This document shows positions 9,330 to 19,189 of a stretch of 64,000 nucleotides of DNA, piece after piece. A program made the position numbers and the translations under genes. Positions within the stretch are counted from its first letter, which is position 1. Each line of letters starts with the position of its first letter. The DNA comes from Candidatus Udaeobacter sp. GTDB lineage: Bacteria; Verrucomicrobiota; Verrucomicrobiia; Chthoniobacterales; UBA10450. Location of the stretch: NCBI GenBank assembly GCA_049791915.1, contig JBARAJ010000015.1, positions 1,811 to 65,810 on the forward strand. The letters run 5' to 3'. The notes beneath the pieces are model-generated. The model made no database searches and had not been told where the DNA came from. It saw only the letters and a list, made by a program, of their open reading frames with translations.

Positions 9330-10391
9330 ATGAGCGCGCGACTCAGCGATTACGATTACGTTCTGCCACGGGAATTGATCGCGCAACGCCCGCTTGAGCG
9401 TCGCCAAGATTCCCGGATGATGGTTTTGCATCGCGCCGGGCAGAAGATTGAGCATCGGCAATTTGGCGAGCTAAAAACGTTTTTGCAGCCGGGCGACCTC
9501 GTTGTGTTAAACGATACGCGCGTGCTGGCAGCGCGGCGATTCTCCGACGACGACGCGGTGGAATTTTTGTTTCTTGAGCGTCTCGGGCCAATGCGTTGGA
9601 AGTGCATGGTTACGCCCGGCCGTAAAATGCGTGTGGGCTCGACGGCAACGATCGACGATGTCTGTTTGCGGGTCGAGAAAATCACCCCAGACGGCGAGCG
9701 AATCGTCGCGTTCGACCAGGATGTCGATGTTTATGCCGGTGGTTCCATGCCGTTACCACCGTATGTCAATCGGCCCACCGATGAAACGGACGCGACCCGT
9801 TACCAGACGATTTTTGCTCGTGAGCCCGGGGCTGTGGCTGCGCCGACGGCTGGCCTGCATTTCACCTCCGAGATCTTGAGTGAGATTCCACACACATTCG
9901 TGACGTTGCATGTTGGACCGGGAACATTTCTCCCTGTGCGCTCTGAAAATATCGTCGAACATCGAATGCATGCGGAGCGTTTTTCCGTTTCGTCGGAAGC
10001 CGCAGACAAGATCAACACCGCGCGGCGGATCGTAGCCGTGGGAACGACAGCAATGCGCGTTCTCGAAACAGCGGCGCTTAAGACTCGACGGCGTGGGAAA
10101 ATTGTAGGGCAAGTGCATCGCTTGCCGTCGGCAGGCGGAGCGCCTGCCCTACAAGAATTCCAATCGGATCAGGTTGAATCACAATCAGGCGAGACCGATC
10201 TGTTCATTCACCCGCCGTTTACGTTTCGAGTTGTGGATGCGCTGTTAACCAATTTCCACTTACCACGCTCGACCTTACTGATGCTGGTGAGTGCATTTGC
10301 TGGACGCGAATTCATTCTTCGTGCGTACGAGGAAGCGGTCCGTGACCGGTATCGCTTCTACAGTTACGGCGATTGCATGCTGATCCTGTAA
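9330..10391 (+). CDS. queA: tRNA preQ1(34) S-adenosylmethionine ribosyltransferase-isomerase QueA
   Basis: DYDYVLPRELIAQRPLERRDSRMM N-terminus, TNFHLPRSTLLMLVSAFAG and RFYSYGDCMLI C-terminus. It carries an extra loop encoded by a repeat element. Confidence 0.93.
   Translation: MSARLSDYDYVLPRELIAQRPLERRQDSRMMVLHRAGQKIEHRQFGELKTFLQPGDLVVLNDTRVLAARRFSDDDAVEFLFLERLGPMRWKCMVTPGRKMRVGSTATIDDVCLRVEKITPDGERIVAFDQDVDVYAGGSMPLPPYVNRPTDETDATRYQTIFAREPGAVAAPTAGLHFTSEILSEIPHTFVTLHVGPGTFLPVRSENIVEHRMHAERFSVSSEAADKINTARRIVAVGTTAMRVLETAALKTRRRGKIVGQVHRLPSAGGAPALQEFQSDQVESQSGETDLFIHPPFTFRVVDALLTNFHLPRSTLLMLVSAFAGREFILRAYEEAVRDRYRFYSYGDCMLIL
10103..10153. repeat. family A-type palindromic element inserted in frame within queA
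   Basis: TGTAGGGCA...TGCCCTACA with perfect 9-nt terminal inverted repeats. Internal hairpins are GGCAAG/CTTGCC and GGCAGGCG/CGCCTGCC. It is 51 nt long (17 codons). Confidence 0.75.
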
Positions 10392-10459
10392 TCTTCCTCT
10401 TCCGCTTCCTCTGAATCTTCTAAAGGGGGAAGGAAGCAGAGGAAGAGGAGGATTACGAA

Positions 10460-10551
10460 GTCATTCTGAGCGAAGCGGAGCGGAGTCGAAGAATCCCGTA
10501 GCAGGACCGTACGGTTTTTCATCGGGATTCCTCGACTTCGCTCGGAATGAC
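10460..10551. repeat. family B-related inverted-repeat element
   Basis: GTCATTCTGAGCGAAGCGGAGCGGAGTCGAAGAATCCC ... GGGATTCCTCGACTTCGCTCGGAATGAC, lying between queA and the thioesterase gene. Confidence 0.75.
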
Positions 10552-10569
10552 GGACTAGATTTGCTTCAG

Positions 10570-10956
10570 ATGAGCGACAAACCCAAAGGCGAGCTGGTGA
10601 TTCAAACCATCGCAATGCCCAAGGACACAAATGCGAATGGGGACATTTTCGGAGGCTGGGTGACCTCGCAAATGGACTTGGGCAGTGGAATTCTTGCGGC
10701 GAAGACTGCTCAGGCGCGCGTGGTCACAGCGGCGATGGAAGGCATGTCATTCCTGGAGCCGGTGAGAGTGGGGGACACGGTTAGCTGTTATGCGCGCGTG
10801 GAGAAAATCGGGCGGACTTCGATGACCATCCCCGTCGAGGTTTGGGTGACCCGTCATATGACTGGCGAAGAGCGCTGCGTTACACATGGCGTCTTTACGC
10901 TGGTCGCTGTCGATGAGTCTGGAAAACCGATTCCGGTCAAGCGCGGCAGCGCGTGA
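10570..10956 (+). CDS. acyl-CoA thioesterase, YciA-like hotdog fold
   Basis: MPKDTNANGDIFGGWVTSQMD... resembles the YciA family and the length is about 128 aa. I chose the ATG at 10570; a TTG at 10561 is also possible. Confidence 0.8.
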   Translation: MSDKPKGELVIQTIAMPKDTNANGDIFGGWVTSQMDLGSGILAAKTAQARVVTAAMEGMSFLEPVRVGDTVSCYARVEKIGRTSMTIPVEVWVTRHMTGEERCVTHGVFTLVAVDESGKPIPVKRGSA

Positions 10957-10980
10957 TCGCTACTACATTCCTGAATCTTG

Positions 10981-12165
10981 ATGACGCGCTTCGCTTACCT
11001 CTTCGAGCGGTTCCCATCGTTCGGACAAACGTTTTGCTATCGGGAAGTGGCGGAGCTTGATCGCCAAGACATCGCACCGCCAATTTTTTCAATCCGGAAT
11101 CCGAAAGACGAGCCACCACAAGATTGGGACACGCGTATCGTCGAACGGGTGCATTATCTTCCAGAGGAAAAGGAACTGCTGGAAGAAGGTCGACGCGCCG
11201 CAAAAAAAGGGAATCTCAGCACAGGCATTGTCGCCGCCCTGGATGAATGGGGCCGCCGCACCGATTTCCTTCGGCTTTACCAGGCGATCTACGTTGGACT
11301 GCGCTTGCGACAAATGGGCATCGATCATGTGCACGCTCATTTCGCCGGCATGGCTGCGCGCACTGCTTTCTGGATAAACAAGTTTTTTTCTATCACTTTC
11401 AGTTTTACCGCGCACGCGAACGACATTTTCTCTCCGCGCCGATTCGAAATCGGACTGGATAAACTTTGCGATACAGCGCGCGCAATCATCACTGAAACGG
11501 ATTACTCTGCGCGCTTTTTGCGCGACCAATTCTCTCTTCGCGTTGATCGCGTCCATCGCATTTACAACGGACTCGATCTCGCGGAATTTGGCCGGGCCGA
11601 TTTTTCTTCGACTCCACCGCTGATCATCGCGGTCGGCCGTTTGATTCCGAAAAAGGGATTCGGCGATTTGATTCGCACCTGCGCGTTGCTCGCGGAACGT
11701 GGGAAATCGTTCCGCTGTGAAATCACCGGTGAGGGTCCGCTCGAGAATGAGCTACGCGAACAAATCGACGAACTGCGTTTGCAAAATAATGTCGTACTGA
11801 CCGGCGCAAAACCACAGACGCAACTCCGACGGCGGCTCGCCACGGCAAATGTGTTTGTGCTCCCGAGCGTGGTTGATCCCGACGGCGGTATGGACAATCT
11901 GCCTACAGTCATCATGGAAGCGATGGCGACGGCGCTGCCTGTCGTGTCCACGAACATCGGCGGGATTCCGGAAATGGTTATCGAAAACCAAACCGGATTT
12001 TTGGTGCAACCGGGCGACGCGAGAGCAATGGCTGACGCGATTGAAACGGTGATTAACGATTGTTCTTGGGCGGCGAGACTTGGCCATTCCGGCTACGAAC
12101 GCGCGCGAGCGCTTTTCTCGATTGAAAAGAATGTCCGCGAATTGTGCGCGTTGCTGACATTGTAG
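10981..12165 (+). CDS. glycosyltransferase family 4 (GT-B, WcaL-like)
   Basis: C-terminal GT1/GT4 motif ...PSVVDPDGGMDNLPTVIMEAMATALPVVSTNIGGIPEMV..G.L. About 394 aa. Confidence 0.8.
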   Translation: MTRFAYLFERFPSFGQTFCYREVAELDRQDIAPPIFSIRNPKDEPPQDWDTRIVERVHYLPEEKELLEEGRRAAKKGNLSTGIVAALDEWGRRTDFLRLYQAIYVGLRLRQMGIDHVHAHFAGMAARTAFWINKFFSITFSFTAHANDIFSPRRFEIGLDKLCDTARAIITETDYSARFLRDQFSLRVDRVHRIYNGLDLAEFGRADFSSTPPLIIAVGRLIPKKGFGDLIRTCALLAERGKSFRCEITGEGPLENELREQIDELRLQNNVVLTGAKPQTQLRRRLATANVFVLPSVVDPDGGMDNLPTVIMEAMATALPVVSTNIGGIPEMVIENQTGFLVQPGDARAMADAIETVINDCSWAARLGHSGYERARALFSIEKNVRELCALLTL

Positions 12166-12227
12166 CCACGGGACTGTGACCGTCGATGGTTAGGCAAAAA
12201 AGGACCGCCGGCAGGGCGGTGGCTACA
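12161..12227. repeat. TGTAGCCAC...GTGGCTACA palindromic element between convergent genes
   Basis: Perfect 9-nt terminal inverted repeats. The TAG stops of both flanking convergent genes (12163-12165 plus strand; complement of 12223-12225) lie inside these termini. Confidence 0.8.
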
Positions 12228-13281
12228 GTAGATCCCGAACGCAATTGAGCGCGTTCAAGTAAATGCGGTGTGGCCCGCCGCGAATCAGTTCCTCGCTGAT
12301 CAGGCCCACAGGATCGTTGCTTCCAGCGGGCATTAGCTGCGGGATCCCCTTTTCGTCGTTCTGTGTGCGTGAGACCTCCAGGAGATCGCCGCAATGCGCG
12401 TATGTGACGCGAAATTCCACATCACCACTGGTCAACGCGACTTCGTGAACCGGTTCGCCGTTGCGCTCACGCAAGTCGACGTCGATATGCCTCGCTGACG
12501 CACCGGTGAACCGCAACTCACCTGAGGATTTCACGTCGTCGATGTGCCAATTCAATTGCGCTCCAAGCCAGCCTGCAAACAAGACAGCGGTTGATCTGAA
12601 CCCGGGTGCAAAATCGATCCGCACCTTGCTGATCTCGCCGAGGCGATGATGCGAAGCGGGATGGTCGAAGAATTGCGCGAGCGCGAAGCGAAGGTTGTCC
12701 AACCGCGTCCAATTCAGGTCGCAAAACACAATACGCTGATTGGCCTCCTTCTGCATCAATTTGAGGAAACGTGTTTGCGAGCGAAAATCGCTCCAGCCGT
12801 GGCTATCGTAGATCACGCGGTCGACCCACGTCCATAGTTGTGGATCCATCGGTTCGCGAAATTCTTCCTGCCACCAAAGATAAAGCGGCAGGTCAGAATC
12901 GAGATTGGAAAGAACTATGCTCGGCAGTTGTAAGGTGCACCCGCCTTTGAGCAGGAATGAAACTTGTTCCGAGCAGACTTGCTTGCTGCCAACGCTGCTT
13001 ACGTGGCAGTGTGCACTGATCCAGGCGCCAACGTGGTCATCGGCTGCGTCGCAATCAGCTTCGATGACGATCGCGCGACAGGCGTGGTTCTCGGTGATTC
13101 GCGCCATCAATTGCGTGTTGTTTTGCAATGAGCCCGGCTTTCCGCTGTAAACAGCAAGATTCATGAGCGACGCGCGCGTCATTGCGCCTTCGCCCTCTCG
13201 CCAGAGTTTTTTCAGCTCCTGCTCAATTTTGCCGATTTCGACAGGAGCGCCTAACGAGTATGTTTCAGCAGCCGCAGGCAT
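12223..13281 (-). CDS. opcA: glucose-6-phosphate dehydrogenase assembly protein OpcA
   Basis: It lies immediately downstream of zwf, and the length and conserved layout match OpcA. I place the start at MPAAAETYS (13281), 7 nt after the zwf stop; the longer track ORF overlaps zwf. Confidence 0.7.
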   Translation of the reverse strand: MPAAAETYSLGAPVEIGKIEQELKKLWREGEGAMTRASLMNLAVYSGKPGSLQNNTQLMARITENHACRAIVIEADCDAADDHVGAWISAHCHVSSVGSKQVCSEQVSFLLKGGCTLQLPSIVLSNLDSDLPLYLWWQEEFREPMDPQLWTWVDRVIYDSHGWSDFRSQTRFLKLMQKEANQRIVFCDLNWTRLDNLRFALAQFFDHPASHHRLGEISKVRIDFAPGFRSTAVLFAGWLGAQLNWHIDDVKSSGELRFTGASARHIDVDLRERNGEPVHEVALTSGDVEFRVTYAHCGDLLEVSRTQNDEKGIPQLMPAGSNDPVGLISEELIRGGPHRIYLNALNCVRDLL

Positions 13282-13288
13282 AACGCGT

Positions 13289-14830
13289 TTACAATCTTCT
13301 CCACGCGCGGCCGTCGCGGGCGAGCAAATCATCGGCTGCTTCCGGTCCCCACGATCCAGCGGGATAAAAATATAACTCCGGCGCATCTTTCTTTGCATGC
13401 CACACCTCCTCGATAGGATCGATGAACGACCATGCATCTTCGACCTCGTCGCTACGCGCAAAGAGCGTCGCATCGCCGCTCATCGCGTCGAGCAGCAGAC
13501 GTTCGTACGCTTCCGGGCTGGGTTTGCCGAAGGATGTTCCGTAATGAAAATCCATTTTGACGGGCTCGATTCGAAAGCTTGTGCCGGGGACCTTGGCATG
13601 AATCCGCAGCGAGATTCCTTCATCGGGTTGAATGCGAATGACGAGCACGTTGAGGTCCCGCAGATCTTTATTGAACAGCACCGCAGGCGCTTTTTTGAAG
13701 TGAATGGAAATTTCAGTTGCCGATTTCGGAAGCCGTTTGCCTACTCGCATGTACACGGGCACGTCGGCCCAGCGCCAGTTGTCGATGAACAAACGCAAAG
13801 CGACAAATGTCTCAGTCTGCGAATCCGGATTTACATTTTGTTCCTGCCGGTAACCGAGGACCGGCTCGCCGTGAATAGCGCCTTTCGTGTATTGGCCACG
13901 CACAACATTGGCCGCGATTTCGCTGCGCGGCCAGCGATGCAGTGAGCGCACAACTTTGACCTTCTCGTCACGGATACTGCCAGCGCCCAGGTCAGTAGGC
14001 GGTTCCATCGCGACCAGACATAGGAGCTGAATCAGATGATTTTGCACCATGTCGCGCAATGCTCCTGCGTCCTCGTAATAACCGGCCCGAGTTCCTACAC
14101 CGAGGGTTTCCGCCGCTGTGATCTGCACATGATCGATGTAGTGCGTGTTCCACAGCGGTGAGAAGATCGCATTAGCAAATCGGAGGACCAGAATGTTCTG
14201 CGCCGTCTCCTTGCCGAGGAAATGGTCGATCCGATAGGTCTGCTCCTCCGTGAAGGAATTGCGCACGACGCGATTGAGCTCGCGCGCTGAGGCCAGATCG
14301 GTGCCGAAAGGTTTTTCGATTATGATGCGTGCCCAGCTTCCTTCGCAGGTCTGGTTCAGGCCCGCGGCTTTCAGGTTTTTGAGAATCGGTTCGAACTGGT
14401 CAGGACCGGCCGCCAGGTAAAAGAGGCGGTTGCCACGCGTGCCATGGCTCTTGTCGATCTCCTCGAGACGTTTGCTCAGCCGCTGGTAGCCAGCTTCATC
14501 ACCGAACTCACTCCGGTGATAAAAAATGGATTGTGCAAACGCGTTCCAGATTTCGTCGCGCACAGGCTGACGCGAAAACTTGCGCGTGGATTCTTCGATG
14601 TCGCTCCGGAATTCGTCGTCACTTTTGTCCCGTCGAGCGAATCCTACGATGACAACGCCGGGTGGGAGTTCACCATCGGCCGACAGGTTGTATAGCGCCG
14701 GGACAAGTTTGCGATGTGTGAGATCCCCCGTAGCGCCGAAGATCACGATGCTGCATGGCTGTGGTACGGGCCGCGCCGACAATCCTTCGCGGAGCGGGTT
14801 TGGTTCGGGTTGATCCGCCGTTGGATTCAT
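13289..14830 (-). CDS. zwf: glucose-6-phosphate 1-dehydrogenase
   Basis: IVIFGATGDLTHRKL NADP-binding motif and RIDHFLGKE active-site motif. 513 aa. Confidence 0.95.
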   Translation of the reverse strand: MNPTADQPEPNPLREGLSARPVPQPCSIVIFGATGDLTHRKLVPALYNLSADGELPPGVVIVGFARRDKSDDEFRSDIEESTRKFSRQPVRDEIWNAFAQSIFYHRSEFGDEAGYQRLSKRLEEIDKSHGTRGNRLFYLAAGPDQFEPILKNLKAAGLNQTCEGSWARIIIEKPFGTDLASARELNRVVRNSFTEEQTYRIDHFLGKETAQNILVLRFANAIFSPLWNTHYIDHVQITAAETLGVGTRAGYYEDAGALRDMVQNHLIQLLCLVAMEPPTDLGAGSIRDEKVKVVRSLHRWPRSEIAANVVRGQYTKGAIHGEPVLGYRQEQNVNPDSQTETFVALRLFIDNWRWADVPVYMRVGKRLPKSATEISIHFKKAPAVLFNKDLRDLNVLVIRIQPDEGISLRIHAKVPGTSFRIEPVKMDFHYGTSFGKPSPEAYERLLLDAMSGDATLFARSDEVEDAWSFIDPIEEVWHAKKDAPELYFYPAGSWGPEAADDLLARDGRAWRRL

Positions 14831-14940
14831 TCTATCCGCAGATTACGAGATTTTCGCAGATTGAATAATACGAATTGACGCAGGCGCGGTCTGTAAGTGC
14901 CGAAAATTGATTGCAGCACTCGCTGCACCCGCCGCCGCAC

Positions 14941-16746
14941 CTAGATTGGTAACGGAAATCTGTTCGTTAGGTCGATGACTTTTCTGCGCACGTTCTCGAT
15001 CGCGCCTTCGTCGCTACGTTTGTCGAGCGCTTCGGCAGCAAGCTCCGCGATCTCGAGCATCTCTTCTTCTTTCATGCCGCGCGTGGTGACTGCGGGCGTG
15101 CCGACGCGGATGCCGCCCGGCTTGAAAGGCGAGCTGGTATCGAACGGGATGGCGTTTTTGTTAACGGTAATGCCGGCGCGATCGAGAACTTCCTGTGCTT
15201 CTTTGCCGTTGAGATCCTTCGGACGAAGATCGACAAGCATCAGATGATTGTCGGTTCCACCGGACACGATGCGATAACCGTGTTTGGCTAAACCGGCGGC
15301 GAGGGCTTTCGCGTTAATCACTACCTGTCGCTGGTATTCGCGGAATTGCGGTTGCAGCGCTTCATGAAAGCAAACGGCCTTCGCAGCGATAACGTGCATC
15401 AGTGGGCCGCCCTGTACCCCCGGGAAAACGGTCGCATCGATCTGCTTGGCGAATTTCTCTTCGCACATAACAATGCCGCCCCGCGGCCCGCGCAGACTTT
15501 TATGTGTGGTGGTGGTGACAAAATGTGCGTGCGGGATCGGACTTGGATGTTGGCCGCCCGCAACGAGCCCGGCGATGTGCGCCATGTCGATGAACAAAAG
15601 CGCGCCGACCGAATCCGCAATCTGGCGCATCCGCGGGAAATCGATAATGCGCGGATAAGCCGAAGCGCCAGCGGTAATCATCAATGGCCGGACTTCTTCT
15701 GCTTGTTTTTGCAAAGCGTCGTAATCGATCTGCTCGGTGTTCTCGCTGACTCCGTACTGCGACACTGCGTAGAATTTGCCGGAGAAATTTGCTGGGTGAC
15801 CGTGCGTGAGATGGCCACCGTGCGCCAGGTTCATCGCCAAAATCTTGTCGCCCGGTTTGAGCATGCAAAAATAGACGGCCATGTTTGCCTGCGCCCCGCT
15901 GTGCGGCTGCACGTTGACGTGTTCGCAACCGAAAAGCCGCTTGGCGCGATCGATCGCCAACTGCTCGGCGGTATCGACATTCTCGCAGCCGCCATACCAT
16001 CGTTTACGCGGATAGCCTTCCGCGTATTTATTGGTCATCACGCTGCCCTGAGCTTCCATCACCGCGCGACTGGTGAAATTTTCCGAGGCGATCAATTCGA
16101 TGTTCTCACGTTGGCGTTTCTCTTCCGCAGCAATCGCATCAAAGATTTCGGGATCGACTCTGCGCAACGCGTCGCCGTAACAAGGGGGCGACGTAGAAGC
16201 GACGGGTCCGGGGTCAAATTGGCGAGAAAGATGGTCCATGGGATAAGAAGATATGTCGGACGAGCGCCTCGCACCAGGGCGGACGAGTTCGCCCTGTTCT
16301 ACAAATGCGAGCACGCTTGGCAAAGCGTTTTTAATGATGCGCGCGCAATCCTCGTACACCTCGCGACCGAGACCGATTGGGTCTGGCACATCGCGCCACA
16401 CCGTCGTGCCAGGTTCTTCAAATTCACGGATTAAGAACGTTTTTTCCGCACTTTGTGGAAATAATGTTTGTATCGTTTCGACGTGCGCACCGGTCATGGC
16501 GAAAATGTGCGTAGCTTGATCAACCAGCGCTCGGGTCAGCGGCTGGCTGCGCAGAGCGCTTATATTTGTGCCTTCCTCTGCGCAGACTTCTACGGCGTAC
16601 AGGCTTGGCGGCTGGCCGCGAACCGCGTGCACTCCGGCCGATGCGACTTCGATGTCCTTCCGGTTGCCAGTCATGCGGCGAAAAAGCCCTTCCGCGATTG
16701 GGCTCCGACAAATGTTACCTGTGCAGACGAAGAGGACGTTTTTCAC
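14941..16746 (-). CDS. glyA: fusion protein: low-molecular-weight protein phosphatase domain + serine hydroxymethyltransferase
   Basis: Residues 1-150 carry the LMW-PTP signature CTGNICRS and the DPIG Asp loop. Residues about 190-601 are canonical SHMT ([23 protein letters not shown]). It is a single uninterrupted frame. Confidence 0.85.
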   Translation of the reverse strand: MKNVLFVCTGNICRSPIAEGLFRRMTGNRKDIEVASAGVHAVRGQPPSLYAVEVCAEEGTNISALRSQPLTRALVDQATHIFAMTGAHVETIQTLFPQSAEKTFLIREFEEPGTTVWRDVPDPIGLGREVYEDCARIIKNALPSVLAFVEQGELVRPGARRSSDISSYPMDHLSRQFDPGPVASTSPPCYGDALRRVDPEIFDAIAAEEKRQRENIELIASENFTSRAVMEAQGSVMTNKYAEGYPRKRWYGGCENVDTAEQLAIDRAKRLFGCEHVNVQPHSGAQANMAVYFCMLKPGDKILAMNLAHGGHLTHGHPANFSGKFYAVSQYGVSENTEQIDYDALQKQAEEVRPLMITAGASAYPRIIDFPRMRQIADSVGALLFIDMAHIAGLVAGGQHPSPIPHAHFVTTTTHKSLRGPRGGIVMCEEKFAKQIDATVFPGVQGGPLMHVIAAKAVCFHEALQPQFREYQRQVVINAKALAAGLAKHGYRIVSGGTDNHLMLVDLRPKDLNGKEAQEVLDRAGITVNKNAIPFDTSSPFKPGGIRVGTPAVTTRGMKEEEMLEIAELAAEALDKRSDEGAIENVRRKVIDLTNRFPLPI

Positions 16747-16903
16747 GGCTCGGAACGCGCAGCGAACGCGTTTGTCAAACTAGAAGCGAACCTGTCCAAG
16801 TCAATTTCCGATGGTCCAAGAGCGTTGTTTCATCAGTGATTTGTCGCTTCTCGCAGCGGCGCATTGCGGTTATTGTGGCCACCGTTCCATCGCTCTCCAG
16901 TAA

Positions 16904-17746
16904 ATGAACGTCGAGACGCTACGCCATGTGCCATTGTTTGAGTCGCTCGATACCGAGGCGACCCATGAATTGTGCCAGATGCTCGAGAGCCTCGATTGCA
17001 AAGCAGGCGCGGTTCTATTTCGCGCAGGCGACGAAGGCGACGCGATGTATTTAATCGAGCAAGGCAGGGTCCGTATTTGCGTGCGAGCGAAGGATGGGCA
17101 CGAGGTTACGCTTACCGAATTGCATCGCGGCGATTTCTTCGGGGAAATGGCCTTGCTCGATGGTAAGCCGCGCTCGGCCGATGCGCGGGTTGCCGAGGAC
17201 GCGCGGCTGGCTGTGCTTTCGCGCGAGCATTTTCTTTCCTTTGTTAGCAGCAACCCAAATGTCGCGCTGGAGATGCTCACTGCGCTTGCCAATCGGTTAC
17301 GCCACACAGATGAACTTTTGCGTCACAGTGCGACCCGCAACGTCAATGTCGAGGAGGCAGCACAGCTTACCCTTGCCGATCGCGCGGCAGATCTCATCGC
17401 CGAATTCGGCGGCAGTTGGAAATTTATTATTGCCGCGGTGGTTCTTGTCAACGTTTGGGTATGGATAAACATGTGGTTGGCGTGGATTGGCAAAAGCAAC
17501 TTCGATCCATATCCGTTCTTATTGCTGAGCACCGGGATTAATGTGCTTTCCATTCTGCAGGCGCCAATTATTCTGATGTCCCAGAATCGCCAGTCGCACA
17601 AAGACCGCCTGCGCGCGGAAATCGATTATCAAGTGAATTTGAAGAACGAGCTTGCGTTGAATGAGATCCTTGAACGCCTGAAAGCGCTCGAGCACAAGTA
17701 CCGCGACCAGACAGTAGACGAATACAACGTCACGAAAGTTGAATAA
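16904..17746 (+). CDS. cyclic nucleotide-binding domain / DUF1003 membrane protein
   Basis: The N-terminal CAP-effector-type cNMP-binding fold has FFGEMALLDGKPRSADA. The C-terminal region is DUF1003-like (FGGSWKFII...DPYPF.LL....S..A..I.MSQNRQ). Confidence 0.8.
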   Translation: MNVETLRHVPLFESLDTEATHELCQMLESLDCKAGAVLFRAGDEGDAMYLIEQGRVRICVRAKDGHEVTLTELHRGDFFGEMALLDGKPRSADARVAEDARLAVLSREHFLSFVSSNPNVALEMLTALANRLRHTDELLRHSATRNVNVEEAAQLTLADRAADLIAEFGGSWKFIIAAVVLVNVWVWINMWLAWIGKSNFDPYPFLLLSTGINVLSILQAPIILMSQNRQSHKDRLRAEIDYQVNLKNELALNEILERLKALEHKYRDQTVDEYNVTKVE

Positions 17747-17830
17747 TCCGGCTTCTCCGATCCCGTGGCACATCTCTGACGGAGGTTGCCGCGTTGACCG
17801 CCCTGATTATCGTCCTGTTCCTATTTCCGT

Positions 17831-18019
17831 ATGAAAAAGCTGCTTACCAAATCATTTTTGATTTTGACGCTCCTTATCACGTTGCCAGGCTGTGGCAGCC
17901 CGGGTCCCAGTCCTGAACAGCAGGCGCGCGAGGCGGACGAGCAGAAAGAAGCCGATCGCCAGCAGAAGGAGTTCCGAAAAAGTTTGCCTCCGGTAAGTAA
18001 CCCAGGGCAGGGATGGTAA
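17831..18019 (+). CDS. small putative lipoprotein
   Basis: Signal peptide with lipobox LTLLITLPGCGS. 62 aa with a charged tail. Confidence 0.5.
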   Translation: MKKLLTKSFLILTLLITLPGCGSPGPSPEQQAREADEQKEADRQQKEFRKSLPPVSNPGQGW

Positions 18020-18086
18020 GCGAATCGGCTGATTCGTCATAACGGGAAGGCGTTAGACATTCGGATTTCGTCGTTGAAACTCCGCA

Positions 18087-19079
18087 ATGCGGTCGCGCTG
18101 GAAGCGGATCCGATATCGGCTGGAGTGGCTGGGGCTTGTTCTTGCCACAAAGCTGATCCCGTTATGCCCGCGACGGGCGTGCTATCACATCGCCCAGGCA
18201 GCAGGAGTCCTGCTGAGCTGTGTTGATCGGCCTCGCTCCGAGGTAGCGCTCAGCAATCTCGAGGTCGCATTTGGCGATCAATTCTCGCCCAAGGAGCGGC
18301 GAAAAATTGCCCGTGAGTCATTTCAGCATTTCGCGCGGACCATGGTCGATCTGCTATGGAGCCCGCGTCTAACACAAGAAAACTTTTCTCAGTACATTGA
18401 CTTGGAAAATCTTGAGGAAACAGCGCGCGACACAGGCCCGCAGCGCAGCTTAATGATTGCCTGTTATCACTATAGCAACTTTGAATGGCTCAGTCTCGCC
18501 TGTGGTTTTCTCGATCTGCAAGGCACAATCATCTCGCAGGAATTTAAGAATTCGTCGCTGGATCCAATTTTCAAAAAATTGCGGGAGCAATCCGGTCACG
18601 AGCTCGTCCCACGCGAGCGCGGCATTATGCGGCTTTACAAGGTGCTTCGCCGAAAGGGCCGCACGGCGCTGCTGGTTGATCTCACAGTGCCACCGAGTCA
18701 AGGTGCCGTGGCAATCGACTGTTTTGGATTAGAGACAAGCGTCACGTCGGCGCATGCGTGGCTGCACGAGCGAACCGGCGTTCCCATCGTGCCCGCGCAC
18801 ACCGAACCGCTGCCGGACGGACGTTACAGGCTGGTATTTCATCCAAAGATCGAACACACCGCTGGAATGACACCTCAACAAATCGCGCAGGCATGCTGGG
18901 ATTCATTTGAGCCTTACGTGCGCAAAGACCCGGCGCCCTGGCTTTGGATGTACAAACACTGGCGCTACCGTCCTGCACATCCCGATCGACCCTACCCTTT
19001 TTACTCCAACTTCTATCGGCCGTTCGAAGACATGGTCGAAGCCAACCAGGCTGGTGCGAGCGACGAAGTGAAGTTGTAG
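18087..19079 (+). CDS. lysophospholipid/lipid A (LpxL/HtrB-like) acyltransferase
   Basis: N-terminal anchor, a HYSNFEW catalytic-type motif and about 330 aa, typical of the lauroyl acyltransferase family. Confidence 0.65.
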   Translation: MRSRWKRIRYRLEWLGLVLATKLIPLCPRRACYHIAQAAGVLLSCVDRPRSEVALSNLEVAFGDQFSPKERRKIARESFQHFARTMVDLLWSPRLTQENFSQYIDLENLEETARDTGPQRSLMIACYHYSNFEWLSLACGFLDLQGTIISQEFKNSSLDPIFKKLREQSGHELVPRERGIMRLYKVLRRKGRTALLVDLTVPPSQGAVAIDCFGLETSVTSAHAWLHERTGVPIVPAHTEPLPDGRYRLVFHPKIEHTAGMTPQQIAQACWDSFEPYVRKDPAPWLWMYKHWRYRPAHPDRPYPFYSNFYRPFEDMVEANQAGASDEVKL

Positions 19080-19189
19080 AGGCGTTGCCGCAGCGAGTGC
19101 CTGCGATCTCGGATAAGGCTGCTGTCACTTTCGCGGACGGTCGCCGCTTCTCGTGATTCATGCTTGCGATGTACCAGCCAGGCGAATAG

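Noticed and set aside
15346-16434. 362-codon plus-strand ORF
   Set aside because: It is entirely antisense to the strongly supported SHMT coding region. The Arg/Ala-rich shadow composition is typical of GC-rich antisense frames.
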